A stretch of DNA of 35,546 nucleotides from assembly GCF_001194135.2 (NCBI RefSeq), contig NC_068996.1, positions 56,286,173 through 56,321,718 on the forward strand, read 5' to 3'. Every line of letters starts with the position of its first letter. The first letter of the stretch is position 1. The position numbers and the translations under genes are program-made. Below the pieces are notes generated by a model, which was not told where the DNA came from, did not search any database, and saw only the letters and a program-made list of their open reading frames with translations. Shown in pieces: positions 1-11,324 of the stretch. The DNA is from Octopus bimaculoides (Eukaryota).

Positions 1-498
1 GTGTTATCATGTACATTGTTTTGTCTTGGTATAAAAAGATGGGCTTCAGCAAATATTCTGCTCAATACCACAGATTTGCTTGTCAGTTGTTTGACCTTAA
101 CCAGTTGAGCATGTCCCTTGGTGGCTGAGAATATGTGAATCTCTGATTACGAGCAGAAGTAGTGAGAGAGCATCATAAGCATGTGTTGGGAGGAATTCTT
201 TGGGCTTTGAATAATTAACATTGGAAATATGGGTGTTTCGTTCAACATCCTTAAACAACCCTTATTCAGGGACCTTTTGTGCGGGATGGGTTACTCAACC
301 TGAAGAAAATTCTAACTGGGCCCCACCTGCGAGGTCATGCGCTGTTTATCTTGATATGAGATCTCCATATCGCACACGTATGGTTGTGATGCATGTGTCT
401 GGTGTATCCTCATCAGACAGGTAGTCTTGATGAGTATAATGGGCTTCGTATATTTGTACCCCAGTTTTATTTTGATGGCATGCGCTGCTCTCTCACTC
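1..498. mobile_element. ~510-bp non-coding interspersed repeat, copy A (truncated by window start), ending in (AAT)n
   Basis: Colinear with 27248-27759 (e.g. gcaaatattctgct..ataccacagatttgcttgtcagttgtttgaccttaaccagttgagcatg; ends ctctctcactcaa) and followed by an AAT array at 499-525. Confidence 0.8.
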
Positions 499-525
499 AA
501 TAATAATGATAATAATAATAATAAT

Positions 526-640
526 CTTTTCTACTATAGGCACAAGGCCTAAAATTTTTGGGGAAGGGGTTAGTTGATTACCTGACTGGTACTTATTTCA
601 TCAGCTCTAAAAGGATGAAAGGCAAAGTGAACCTTGGCAG
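526..640 (-). mobile_element. SINE family A, 3' part, with (ATT)n tail
   Basis: aggcacaaggcc...ctggtacttattt...aaaggatgaaaggcaaagt matches the full copies at 18058-18290 and 23575-23790. Confidence 0.75.
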
Positions 641-664
641 TACAATCACCAGTACAATTTACAG

Positions 665-1155
665 AGCTAGCAGAGGTCAATTGGACTACCTTATTCAGGC
701 TATATGAATGTTGTCTCAAGACACTGAGATGATATAGAGAAATGGCTGTTATTGAACTGAGGAGAGGGCAAAAAGTAGACAGCAGTGTAGAACGACTTCC
801 AGATTATGAGTGGATAAGAGAAGTGAATGGAGGTGGTTACAAGTATCTTGGTGTTTTACAATTTGATCAGTTGATGAACATCAAAATGAAGGGAAAAAAT
901 TATTATAAATATACCAGAAGAGTGAAAAAGTTATGTAGATCCAAGCTGAATAGAGGAAATCTGATTAGAGGCATCAACACTTGGACTGTAGGTGTGGTGC
1001 GCTACTGTGCAGGAGTTGCAGAGTGGACAAAAGAAGAACTGATCAACATGAATAGAAAAAGCTAGGAAGGTAATAGCTATGCATTGGGTACCTTCAGACC
1101 AGAAATAACGTATCGGGGCTTTACTTAACTAGGAAGGAAGGGGGCATAGAAAGGT
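665..1155 (+). pseudogene. R4/Dong-like (RLE-type) non-LTR retrotransposon RT C-terminal/thumb fragment, decayed
   Basis: ORF 742-1065 reads YKYLGVLQ...RRVKKLCRSKLNRGNLIRGINTWTVGVVRYCAGVAEWTKEEL; a shifted frame continues LYLTRKEGG. This matches the R4-clade pattern YKYLG..SKLNG.N.I.AINTWAV..RY..G...W...EL..LY.PR.EGGRG. Confidence 0.85.
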
Positions 1156-2200
1156 AGAGCTCAGACCATCTATTCCCAGTGACTTCTCTCCTGTGCAACT
1201 ATCCAATGCTTCCCATATTTCATAAACCTTTACAGAATTCCTCATCCCCAGTCAAGAGCTGCAGCACACCCTCGAGGTAGGCAGTAAAGTCCACTCTTGT
1301 CTCCAGTTCACCATCCAACTAAGTGAAGTGACACTGGAAAGCTGCACACATCTGCTTGCAAGTGAGTGGCACATGCCCCACTCTATCCATCAAACATCAA
1401 ATTGTGGCTTTGCTTTGTAAGTTATATCTTTGTCACCTGGTTTATGTTCGCTGCCTGTCTTAGAGCATGTACCATAGCTCTCATAATGCAGCCTTTGCAC
1501 TTAGCATTAAAGAATTGGTCAAGGGCCAATCTCATCACCAGCATGTAAGTCACAATGCCTTTCCTAAGTGATTCTTCAGGATTACTAATTCCATTTTAGA
1601 ATTCCTTATCACAATTTTCTTACTAAACCATATTGATTCTAATGTAATTACTCTTTTCAAGGTTAACCACTATTAATCATTAATAATTAGTCCTGTTAGC
1701 TCCCTCTTAACTAACTATCTAATCCAGTTCTCTAGCATGTTGAGAAAGACACTTTCAGTTTTCAATAACCTTTGTCTTTTATACAGCCTGTCTATGTCAA
1801 CCATACAAATCACAAATTTGTGGTCTGTGTAGCTGACCACTTTAAGCTATGGACAGTCTATGCTGTCCCTAACTACTGGCCAACAGAACGATCTATCAAG
1901 ATATGATCTGGATGACCTGAAGTGTTTTGCTTATGTTCACGTGGATGCATTCAGGAAATTCAGCTGTAACCTGTCAGTCTGTTGGAAATGTTTAAGCAAG
2001 TTTGCAAGGCTTTTACACCACCACCTCCCATTAGCTAGCACCACACAATCAGGACATACATTTGAGATATATACTATTGAAAGCATTCTGAACTGTGACA
2101 TTTGCCTCATGAAAAGCACATGTTCTTGGTGTATAGTGTCGAAAAGCATAGATAACTATCTGCAGCAGATGAAGGTTGTTCAGTAGCACCAGTGGAATTG
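1155..2200 (-). pseudogene. L1/Tx1-like LINE fragment: APE endonuclease C-terminal half, linker and start of RT, decayed
   Basis: Minus-strand translation with stops and frameshifts: FRMLSIVYIS, KSLANLLKHFQQTD, SYLDR, VVSYTDHKFV (SDH motif), a degenerate GY(W)KL, then DFTAYLEGV...LDSCTGEKSLGIDGL (KSPGxDGL). Confidence 0.75.
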
Positions 2201-2417
2201 TTTTTGCTTTTTAGCTCCACCAGTTGCAAGTGTCCAGATACTGTTTGTCAAATAAACATTGGATTCTGGTCAATGCTGTTAAACAGTGATTCGAAGAGCC
2301 ATTCATTTTGTATTTATCTGAAAGACTGAATAAAAATGTAATTGTATGTGACAGAAGAAGTAACACTTCAAATTAGTGATGTTATCATACTTTAAGTATG
2401 TATTCAGCTAAAAGGAA

Positions 2418-2462
2418 CATACATACATACATGCATACATACATATATGCATACATATATAT

Positions 2463-2507
<45 letters not shown>
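2418..2507. repeat. (TACA)n/(CA)n microsatellite abutting an 803-N gap (2508-3310)
   Basis: Seen directly. Confidence 0.95.
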
Positions 2508-3310
2508 NNNNNNNNNNNNNNNNNNNNNNNNNNNNNNNNNNNNNNNNNNNNNNNNNNNNNNNNNNNNNNNNNNNNNNNNNNNNNNNNNNNNNNNNNNNNN
2601 NNNNNNNNNNNNNNNNNNNNNNNNNNNNNNNNNNNNNNNNNNNNNNNNNNNNNNNNNNNNNNNNNNNNNNNNNNNNNNNNNNNNNNNNNNNNNNNNNNNN
2701 NNNNNNNNNNNNNNNNNNNNNNNNNNNNNNNNNNNNNNNNNNNNNNNNNNNNNNNNNNNNNNNNNNNNNNNNNNNNNNNNNNNNNNNNNNNNNNNNNNNN
2801 NNNNNNNNNNNNNNNNNNNNNNNNNNNNNNNNNNNNNNNNNNNNNNNNNNNNNNNNNNNNNNNNNNNNNNNNNNNNNNNNNNNNNNNNNNNNNNNNNNNN
2901 NNNNNNNNNNNNNNNNNNNNNNNNNNNNNNNNNNNNNNNNNNNNNNNNNNNNNNNNNNNNNNNNNNNNNNNNNNNNNNNNNNNNNNNNNNNNNNNNNNNN
3001 NNNNNNNNNNNNNNNNNNNNNNNNNNNNNNNNNNNNNNNNNNNNNNNNNNNNNNNNNNNNNNNNNNNNNNNNNNNNNNNNNNNNNNNNNNNNNNNNNNNN
3101 NNNNNNNNNNNNNNNNNNNNNNNNNNNNNNNNNNNNNNNNNNNNNNNNNNNNNNNNNNNNNNNNNNNNNNNNNNNNNNNNNNNNNNNNNNNNNNNNNNNN
3201 NNNNNNNNNNNNNNNNNNNNNNNNNNNNNNNNNNNNNNNNNNNNNNNNNNNNNNNNNNNNNNNNNNNNNNNNNNNNNNNNNNNNNNNNNNNNNNNNNNNN
3301 NNNNNNNNNN

Positions 3311-3546
3311 CAGGTGGCACATAAAATACACCATTTGAGCGTGGCCGTTGCCAGTACCGCCTAACTGGCCTCGTGCGGGTGGCACGTAAAAAGCACCCAC
3401 TACACTCTCTGAGTGGTTGGCGTTAGGAAGGGCATCCAGCTGTAGAAACTCTGCCAAATTAGATTGGAGCCTGGTGTAGCCATCTGGTTTGCCAGTCCTC
3501 AGTCAAATCGTCCAACCCTAGCTAGCACGGAAAGCGGACGTTAAAC

Positions 3547-3586
<40 letters not shown>
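3311..3586 (+). mobile_element. SINE-like family B, 3' part with (GAT)n tail
   Basis: Near-identical to 4030-4295; ends tcgtccaaccc..gctagca.ggaaagcggacgttaaac(gat)n. Confidence 0.85.
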
Positions 3587-3588
<2 letters not shown>

Positions 3589-3916
3589 GAGATAAGTTAT
3601 TCTAGTGGATATCATATTGTCTCTCAAATTCGGTTTAGATGTCGGCTATCCACAACAATCCATTTTATGGTACTCAACCTTAGAAAGAAAAACTGGTACT
3701 AGTAATACCAGCAGAGGTGATTATAAGACCAGCATACCATCGAATATAACCAGTAACCAATATTACCTTCAACTGAATACCAACACAGAATGCTTGTTTG
3801 AATTAGTGATGATCACTTGATGGAATTGCAGCAACTAGGATGCATAATTGCATGCAGAGCAATGTGCAGCTGCTGCAGTAGAAACATATGTTGGTCATTG
3901 TTATATTTGCTAAGCC

Positions 3917-4295
3917 AAGTGAGACCAAAATCCAAGGCCTCTGCCAGGGATGTAGCCAGCCCACTTACGCGTAACATTCCTTCATTGAACATTTGAGCAA
4001 GATCGTTGCCAGTGCCGATGGACTGGCTCCTGTGCAGGTGGCATGTAAAATACAGCATTTCAAGCATGACCGTTGCCAGTACTGCCTGACTGGCCTTTGT
4101 GCCGGTGGCACGTAAAACACCCACTACACTCTCGGAGTGGTTGGCATTAGGAAGGGCATCCAGGTGTAGAAACTCTGCCAAATCAGATTGGAGCCTGGTG
4201 TAGCCATCTGGTTTCACCAGTCTTCAGTCAAATCGTCCAACCCATGCTAGCATGGAAAGCGGACGTTAAACGATGATGATGATGATGATGATGAT
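3917..4295 (+). mobile_element. SINE-like family B copy with (GAT)n tail and internal ~60-bp subrepeat
   Basis: Direct repeat of 3311-3586; cgttgccagt..ctggc..gtgc.ggtggca.gtaaaa occurs twice internally (~4004-4050 and ~4071-4118). Confidence 0.85.
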
Positions 4296-4431
4296 NNNNN
4301 NNNNNNNNNNNNNNNNNNNNNNNNNNNNNNNNNNNNNNNNNNNNNNNNNNNNNNNNNNNNNNNNNNNNNNNNNNNNNNNNNNNNNNNNNNNNNNNNNNNN
4401 NNNNNNNNNNNNNNNNNNNNNNNNNNNNNNN

Positions 4432-4470
<39 letters not shown>

Positions 4471-4489
4471 TTGTGTGTGTGCAGGTAAA

Positions 4490-5075
4490 GTTCACATTGC
4501 AGCCACATAGTTTTGGTTCCAACCCCACAGTGAGGCACTCTGGATATGTGTATTCTACTGTAGTCCAGGGTTATCCAAGCCTTGTGAGTGAATTTGGTAA
4601 ATGGAAACTGCATGGAAGCTTGTCATATGTATGTGTGTGCATATTTGTTTGTTTGTGTATGTGGCTGTGTGTGGACGAGTATGTCTGTCTGTTTGTGTGT
4701 TTTCTTCCAGATTGTTCCATAGCAAGTGTTGGTAACTCTGTCATTTTGTTTCATTAGATCGTTGCAAGTGATACCCTATCAACAAGAAAGAAGGAAAAGA
4801 TAAAATAAAATAAAATAAAATAATATATATATATGTTGTGTGGGGTGGGGCTGCATGCATCTTTATGCTTGTCTCTCAGCACTTGATAACTGGTGTAGGT
4901 TTGTTTACCCCCACTCCAGAACTTGATGGTCCAACTAAAATGTGACTGATAACCAAAGTACGATGTTTTAAAACCATGAACTGGAATCAGACCAGTCAAG
5001 TAAAAAACAAAAAAAAAAAAGCTTCATTATGTTGCCCCAGCTTGGCCACTCCTGGTGACTAAGACAGGAGTAATG
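4490..5075 (+). mobile_element. SINE family C, degenerate and interrupted
   Basis: Head gccacatagttttggttccaacccc...gccttgtgagtgaatttggtaaatggaaactg; tail gttgccccagcttggccac at ~5030. Confidence 0.5.
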
Positions 5076-5160
5076 GTATGATATATAAAATATCTTCAAA
5101 AATCATTAAAAACTAGAAATTTCTAACAAAAGCAGTTTGAATAATATAAATCATTTAAAT

Positions 5161-5487
5161 GTTTCAGTTATTAGACCGTGGTCATGCTAGGGCACCAGCT
5201 TCACGGTTCAGCTGAACGAATCAACTCCACTCCTTATTTTTATTTTTCGTAAATTTGATACTTAATCTATCCATTTCCTTTGCCAAACCAGTGTTATGAG
5301 GACGTAAACAAACCAGCACCGGTTGTCAAACAGTGGTGGGGATAAAGACCAGATCCTTATGTATGAGTTTCTTTCTAGATTCGTTGAAGAGGCATTGGTC
5401 AGACTGAGCCTCTAGCAGAAGCCACTTGCCCAAAGTACCAGTCATTGGAATTGAACCTGGAACCATGTGGTTGGGAAGCAAACTTAT
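5161..5487 (-). mobile_element. SINE family C (tRNA-like head, CR1-like 3' tail)
   Basis: Minus strand: gcttcccaaccacatggttccaggttcaattcc (B-box-like)...ctttgggcaagtggcttctgct...ggtgccctagcatgaccacggtctaataactgaaac. Confidence 0.75.
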
Positions 5488-5989
5488 TATCATGAAACCA
5501 CAGACAAATTATTCCCCACCCCTGAATTTCAGGAGTTTACCCTGAAATCCTAGAATTTCCATTATTCGAGAGTGAGGTTGTGAATTTCCTCAGATTAGTG
5601 TTGCAGATTTAATCTAGATTATCCAACTTGAAATATGTAAAGATGTTACAACTATGGAGAGGTTTAAAAAAATCATTATTACGACAGTAGTTGTCTCCCT
5701 TCGATCATTTTTTTAAAAACTTCGATTTCTACAGTTTTTTTTTTATATAAATTTTTCCAGAGTTTCAACGTAAAATAGCAACAATAGATATTAGAAGAAC
5801 CATAATCGATATAGAAAGCAGAAACTTTTTTTGCAAAACGAAGATTACTAGAATTCATTTGTGGATTGATGTCAAAAATGTAGGCTGGTGTGGATGTATG
5901 CTGAGCAGTTTGCTTCCAATCGATTTGGTTTTGGGTTCGGTCCCATTACATGGCAAGGGATTGAATTGGGTAGATCGAAACTGAATATA

Positions 5990-6270
5990 CATATGTATAC
6001 ACGCACAAACACACACACACACACACACATACACACACACATGCAGAGAGAGAGAGGGGGGGAGAGAGAGAGAGAGAGAGAGGGAGGGAGGGAGGGAGAG
6101 AGNNNNNNNNNNGAGGGAGAGAGAGAAGAAGAGAGAGAGAAAGAGAGAGAAGAAGAGAGAGAAAGAGAGAGAAGAAGAGAGAGAGAAAGAGAGAGAAGAA
6201 GAGAGAGAGAGAAAGAGAGAGAAGAAGAGAGAGAGAGAAAGAGAGAAGAAGAGAGAGAGAAGGAGAGAAA
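5990..6270. repeat. (CA)n followed by (GA)n and a ~20-bp purine-only minisatellite (agagagagaaagagagagaaga)
   Basis: Seen directly. Confidence 0.95.
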
Positions 6271-6399
6271 TAGTGATGTATACAAACATGCTTGTTCTTG
6301 ATATATAAAATATACATAGTACATATACACGTGTAAATATAGGGATATATACCGAGAAAGAAAAACTGAAAATATTAAGATAAACACTCGTGTAAAGGC

Positions 6400-8815
6400 A
6401 TGTAGACATTTATTTATTTACAGAACAAATTTACATGGAGTAAAAAAAATGCAGAAAACTAAGAGGAGAGGGCATGGTATTTCAAGTCCGACAGCTGTTT
6501 CTGGGGGCTCGGATTTACGTAATAGTTGAAATGTTATCAGATGGAATGTGCAAAAAAGTCAAGGATATGCAAACAGTAGTTGATACATATAGAAATTACC
6601 GTAAAGCCGGTCTACGTCTTCAGGGTAGAAAGATTGCGAACTAGCGGTTTAAATTCGAGAGAATTTAAGTGTAGAATATGTGAAGGGGACGAATAGATGT
6701 AAGTGTAAGGAAGATGTAGGCGGTTTGCGAAGGCGGGGCTGAAGCAGAAAAGAGACAAGAAGAAGAGAGGCAGAGCAAGGAGAGGAAGTGGGTGAGTGAC
6801 CAGAGGATTGAAGGAAGTAGAAATAGAAGAGGTAAGTCGGGAAATGAGTGGGAATGGGTGGGAGGGATAGTGTTTTGAAGACTGGCGTTGTTGTTGTCTG
6901 TGTTGACAGCAAGTGTTATTAAGTAGGGGTGGTGGTGGCTATAAAAAGAAGCGATGAATGAAGTAAGGAGTGGGAGTGGGATAGCGAGGCCAGAGGGACT
7001 ACTGAAAAAAGGGAAGTAGGTACAATGAAGGAAGGGAATGAAATGAAGGGAAGGGAGCTAGTTATAGACGCCAGCAAGAAGGCGAGGGGGAAATTCGAAG
7101 AATGAAGCAGGGTTGGCGGCAGAGGAAGGATACTGAAGCGGGGAGAAGGGTATGAGGGTGAATAAGGAGGGGTAGACGGAGAGAGAGAAAAGTGGGATCA
7201 GTTGGTAGCAATGGTAATGGTAGTGCTAAGTGGTTCTAGTTGAGGATTAAGCTAGGAGGAGGAGGAGAAGGAATTCGAGGGATAAAGATGGGGTGGTGGC
7301 ATAGAAGGATGTGCTAGGTAAGGAGGAATGTAAGAGAATCGATAGAGAGAGAAATATATATTTAGGAGAGGGATAAGTAGAAGGGATATGTTGTTAGCAC
7401 AGCTAAGTTGTAACTCAAGGTTAAATCGTAATGGGGGTGATTGGTTATATAGTCTTTATGTAATGGGCAAACGATGAATAAAATTTGTGCTTACATGAAA
7501 GAATTACATCTAATAATCTATTGAGTAATAAGGGGTTGTGATGGCGAAGGATGGTGAGTGAATTCCTTATACACAATTTACAAATTCGGAGGCTAATACT
7601 GAACGGAGGATCCTCGCAATATGGACAAGGTTAAGGTATAAGGAATATTTCGGGACTTCAAGTTGTGTATGGAAGTTGCTCGACATGTAGATAGTTCAGA
7701 GATTTTATTAGAGAAAGAATTCATGTGCGCTCGGTAGCGGCACTTGAAATCGAGTGTGCCGCTAATGTAGGCTCTTGCCTGATGGGAACGTGGTGTTATG
7801 ACCCGACATTTTTAGACTACGTTATTGCGTAGACAAACTTCCGATTGGACAGAATTGAGAGACCCAGCAATTTCAAGTTTTCCTACAAGCACGGGTTGGA
7901 ATTGGTCCCTGCAGAGGTCTTGTTCATATGGTCAGTTACCACCAAAGAGGTACGGGGGTGGGGTATTATCAGTACCGGTTTTGGGCTGGGAGGGAGCATC
8001 ACCGCTGTTATATAAGGTAATGTTGGTAGTAGTATGGGAAGTAGCATTATGGTTGGTATTATTGAATTGGGTGGGGTTTCTAAGGGTTGTATTGAGTCGT
8101 TGAAGTTTGCGTCTATTAGAGGAAACAATTATGGATCCTAAATTAGGCGTGGTTGAGGAGGAGGTTTTTAATAGAAGATTTGTTACAGTTAGGGTAATAT
8201 TTATGCTGTGGTGGGAAATAGGAGTTTAGAAATTTTTAAAAAAAGCTTAGGTTGAGATTTACCTTGAAGGGAGAAAGGTGACGCAAGCTACATGCTCTCT
8301 TGCTTCCTGCCCTTGGAGGGTTTAGAACGTGGAGGTATAATGGGTAAATATACATAAGGAGGCTTGAGGTATTATATCTTCGAGGTCGCCAGAGGGGCGA
8401 GCGACCACGGCACGTTGGTATGTAGTTGTAGCTTGATAGAGTGGATGGGTGGAAGTACATCTGGTCGGGCCAGCGTCTGCATTAGAAAAGTGAAGTGCGA
8501 GTTTAGCTTCAAGTTTAATGTTGGGGATATAGGAGAACTCTGCAATAAAACTTCCACTTTAGGAATGACTGGATATTGCGGCTTGTGTACAAGCAAGAAG
8601 TAGAAAAAAGTAACTTTTTATTGTTAAGGAAGCTTGTAAATTTTCCAGGGAACTTGGCGTTAACTCTGAAATCACTGCTATCAAGAAAGCCAAATGAATC
8701 AAGCAGACTGCTAAAAGGAACAGGCAGAAACAAACTGAGGAGCGGTGGGACAACTAATCCATGCATGGACAATATATTCTTCAAAGTCAGAATGCTAATG
8801 TAGACAACAACACTT
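6400..8815 (-). mobile_element. Penelope-like element (PLE), 5'-truncated and decayed: RT-thumb/linker, GIY-YIG endonuclease, long pyrimidine-rich 3' region
   Basis: Minus strand ~8270-8100 PFSLQ..KFLNSYFPPQHKYYPNCNKSSIK..TPNLGSIIVSSNRRKL; ~7840-7560 CLRNNVV*KCRV...AYISGTLDFKCRYRAHMNSF...LKSRNIPYTLTLSIL. Both match the PLE linker and GIY-YIG patterns. Confidence 0.85.
6488..6541 (-). ncRNA. Degenerate hammerhead-like motif at the PLE 3' end
   Basis: Minus strand CTGATAA..32 nt..GAAACAGCTGTC; palindromic stem III and GUC site are intact, but the core has G8 to A and stems I/II pair poorly. Confidence 0.35.
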
Positions 8816-8894
8816 GTTTCAAATTTCGGCCCAAGATCAGCAATTTCGGGAAAGGGATAAGTCGATTAAATTGACCCCAACGCTGGTAGTTATT

Positions 8895-9625
8895 TAATCG
8901 TTCCACTCCAGAAGCATGTGTTGCTTTGATTTACCATTCTTTCATATTCAGGTAATCGGGTTTCATACAAAGCGGCTATGTCGATGTTGCAGCTCTCCTT
9001 TGCAACTAGAGCAGTCTGGCACTCAGGTCTTTCAGATCTTATATTATCAAGTAGTGTTCTAACATTCCATTTAGCGATGTTCATTGTTTTCCTGCATCCT
9101 ACCTTATTCTTTACCGGCTGCCAGAACGCGAGCGAACCAGCGCAGACCTTGTTTACATGAGCGACGTCTGATCAGGTATGAGAATCTTTGCCTTTGTCAT
9201 TCACCTGAGAACTGCTTGCAAAATCATGAAGTGAAACTAGTTTTTGTAATTGGCTAGGACCACCCTCTGGATACAACATTAATATTGTCCAGTAGGTAAC
9301 GACAGATCAAGATATGCTGGCATCAGTGTCTTACTGTAGCGGCTGGTCAGATGATATGTTTGCTTATCTCCGCACTTGGGTGAAGCCATAGGTCACCATC
9401 TGGGAGTGGTTTATCATAGACATATGTACAAATTATTGGATGGCTGTTGACTCTCATGAGTTTCTCTGCCCTTTGCGAGGCTTTTCTTTTAGTCCCGCAG
9501 GATGTCCAATAATCACCCTCCTCACCAAGTAAACTTGGTGGGGTTGCTGGTTTAGTCGCCGACGATCCGACTATGCAAAAGGTTGTACAGGGTTAGATGT
9601 TATCAGTAGCCCTGCGAAGTGACCT
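8895..9625 (-). pseudogene. RTE-clade LINE 5' UTR and APE N-terminus, 3'-truncated
   Basis: ORF 8890-9084 MNIAKWNVRTLLDNIRSERPECQTALVAKESCNIDIAALYETRL...TCFWSG matches RTE IATWNVRTL..RPERRTALVA.EL.RYNIDIAALSETR. Confidence 0.85.
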
Positions 9626-9794
9626 GATACACTACTATCGCTACCAACACTTTTAGACATTATTATCATTACTGTTATTGCTAGCACTGTTATTAAAATT
9701 ATTACTACAATATGTTGGTATTGTTGTCTGTGTCAGTCGTAGCTCTGTAGTTACGATGAATCTGTTGCTGCTGTCGTCATTAATATTTTGAGAG

Positions 9795-9900
9795 CTGTTG
9801 TAAATGGTTTTGTCACTGCAAAGTCACCCGTAAAAAGTGATTTGCCTCAGGGAACGGTTCTAGGACCATTATTATTGACCATCACCCTATCAAGTATAGG
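9795..9900 (+). pseudogene. CR1-like RT fragment (PQG motif)
   Basis: AVVNGFVTAKSPVKSDLPQGTVLGPLLL. Confidence 0.7.
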
Positions 9901-9984
9901 ATCATAAGTGCAAAAATATCAATGGCTATCCAAACACTAGAACATACCGTCACACTCCAAAATAAGCTCAATCTCATTTATTAA

Positions 9985-10222
9985 TAACATACACACACAT
10001 AGACTTCTCACACAAACTTAAACACATACACACAGTTAACACAAATATACACACACAATTAAAACTTCAGACACACACACAGAGTTACCACCATACGTAC
10101 ACACGCTACCACGCGCACACACACGCATACACACACACCGCGCACACATACACATACAGCTACTGCTACGCACACACACACACACGCTACCATACATACA
10201 CACGCTACCTTACATACACACG
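9985..10222. repeat. Imperfect CA-rich simple repeat
   Basis: Seen directly. Confidence 0.85.
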
Positions 10223-10224
10223 CA

Positions 10225-10448
10225 GGCTGGCAGAAACGTTAGCACGCCGGGCGAAATGCTTAGCGGTATTTCGTCTGCCGCTACGTTCTGAGTTCAAATT
10301 CCGCCGAGGTCGACTTTGCCTTTCATCCTTTCGGGGTCGATCAAATAAATACCAGTTACGCACTGGGGTCGATATAATCGACTTAATCCGTTTGTTTGTC
10401 TTTGTTTGTCCCCTCTGTGTGTAGCCCCTTGTGGGTAGTAAAGAAATA
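10225..10448 (+). mobile_element. SINE family A, full length (tRNA-like head, central gcctttcatcctttcggggtcgat domain)
   Basis: A-box-like ggcagaaacgttag and B-box-like gagttcaaattcc; colinear with at least 5 other copies in the window. Confidence 0.9.
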
Positions 10449-10631
10449 ACACACGCTATCACATACACACACACACATACCGACCATCTTCATACTCTCC
10501 TGTCCCAGAAAGCACTTTCTGTTCATTCCTTCTATTTCCGATCATTTCAAAACTGTAACGTCACGTGGACTGTTGGCCACTTTTTTACCCTCCGTCTTCC
10601 TTCTTTCCCTTTGGATCTTCCTGCTTTTCCT

Positions 10632-10666
10632 GTTTCCGAAGAAGAGCTATTCTCGAAACGTAAAAC
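10632..10666 (+). ncRNA. Minimal type I hammerhead ribozyme motif (PLE pseudo-LTR type)
   Basis: gttt-CCGAAGA-a-gag ctatt ctc-GAAAC GT-A-aaac: stem I gttt/aaac, stem II gag/ctc, palindromic ACGT stem III, GUA site; U4 is replaced by C. Confidence 0.6.
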
Positions 10667-10964
10667 AACTACTATTTTCCTTCTATGAGCGTCATACTAA
10701 TACATTGCTTGTGCTGTGTCTCTACGTTTGTCTTTTCCTGTTTCTCTGTTTTTTTCAATTGATTTTATATATATATATATATATATATATNNNNNNNNNN
10801 NNNNNNNNNNNNNNNNNNNNNNNNNNNNNNNNNNNNNNNNNNNNNNNNNNNNTGAACAGGATTGGGGATTATAAGTCGTGTATTAGCGTGTGTATATATA
10901 AATATATAAAAATAAAAAGATAAAGAGAGCAAAGGTAAGGTTGGAGAAGTATTTTATGGATAGA

Positions 10965-11013
10965 GTCTTACAGCTGTTTCTGGTAAGATCCAGTACTTCC
11001 CTTCATCGGAGAC
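10965..11013 (-). ncRNA. Minimal type I hammerhead ribozyme motif
   Basis: Minus strand gtct-CCGATGA-agggaagtactggatcttacca-GAAACAGCTGT-A-agac: stem I gtct/agac perfect, palindromic ACAGCTGT stem III, stem II weak. Confidence 0.55.
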
Positions 11014-11324
11014 AGAAAAAATAAAGTAATCTATTATTATATCCATAGGCGGATATTTTTAGTATGAAGTGGCAAAGAGTGTGATGTGCTGAAAAAAAGA
11101 GAGAACAGTACTTGAAGTGTAGTTTCATTCCAGTGGTAAATATCCGTGCAAAGTAATCCATGTGTGGATAATCCGGAAATTTATGTTGGAGCGAAAGTTG
11201 ATATAGCATAGATAGCAGAGGTACATATATTCTAGGAAATACTAGTTCTGAGCAGATTAGATTATTGCTCACAGCTTTGGTCTTCTAACTCATCCTGTCT
11301 CATGAGAGAAACTGAAGGGTTACA

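Noticed and set aside
2385-3457. Long ORFs of 300+ aa in the ORF track (also 13178-14132, 23736-24315, 28401-28978, 29749-30050)
   Set aside because: They are open only because they run through N gaps.
6595-6630. Second hammerhead in the Penelope 3' region (CTGAAGA-cgta..tacg)
   Set aside because: Stem II pairs, but GAAA and stem III are absent.
7825-8803. Short ORF-track ORFs as independent genes
   Set aside because: They are alternative frames over the decayed Penelope ORF.
9500-9625. HDV-like ribozyme at the RTE 5' end
   Set aside because: A possible P1 (gcaggg/ccctgt) exists on the minus strand, but only ~17 nt lie between its strands, too few for P2-P3-L3; not supportable without a covariance model.
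10225-10310. tRNA gene
   Set aside because: A/B-box-like head does not form a full cloverleaf and continues into a SINE body repeated across the window.
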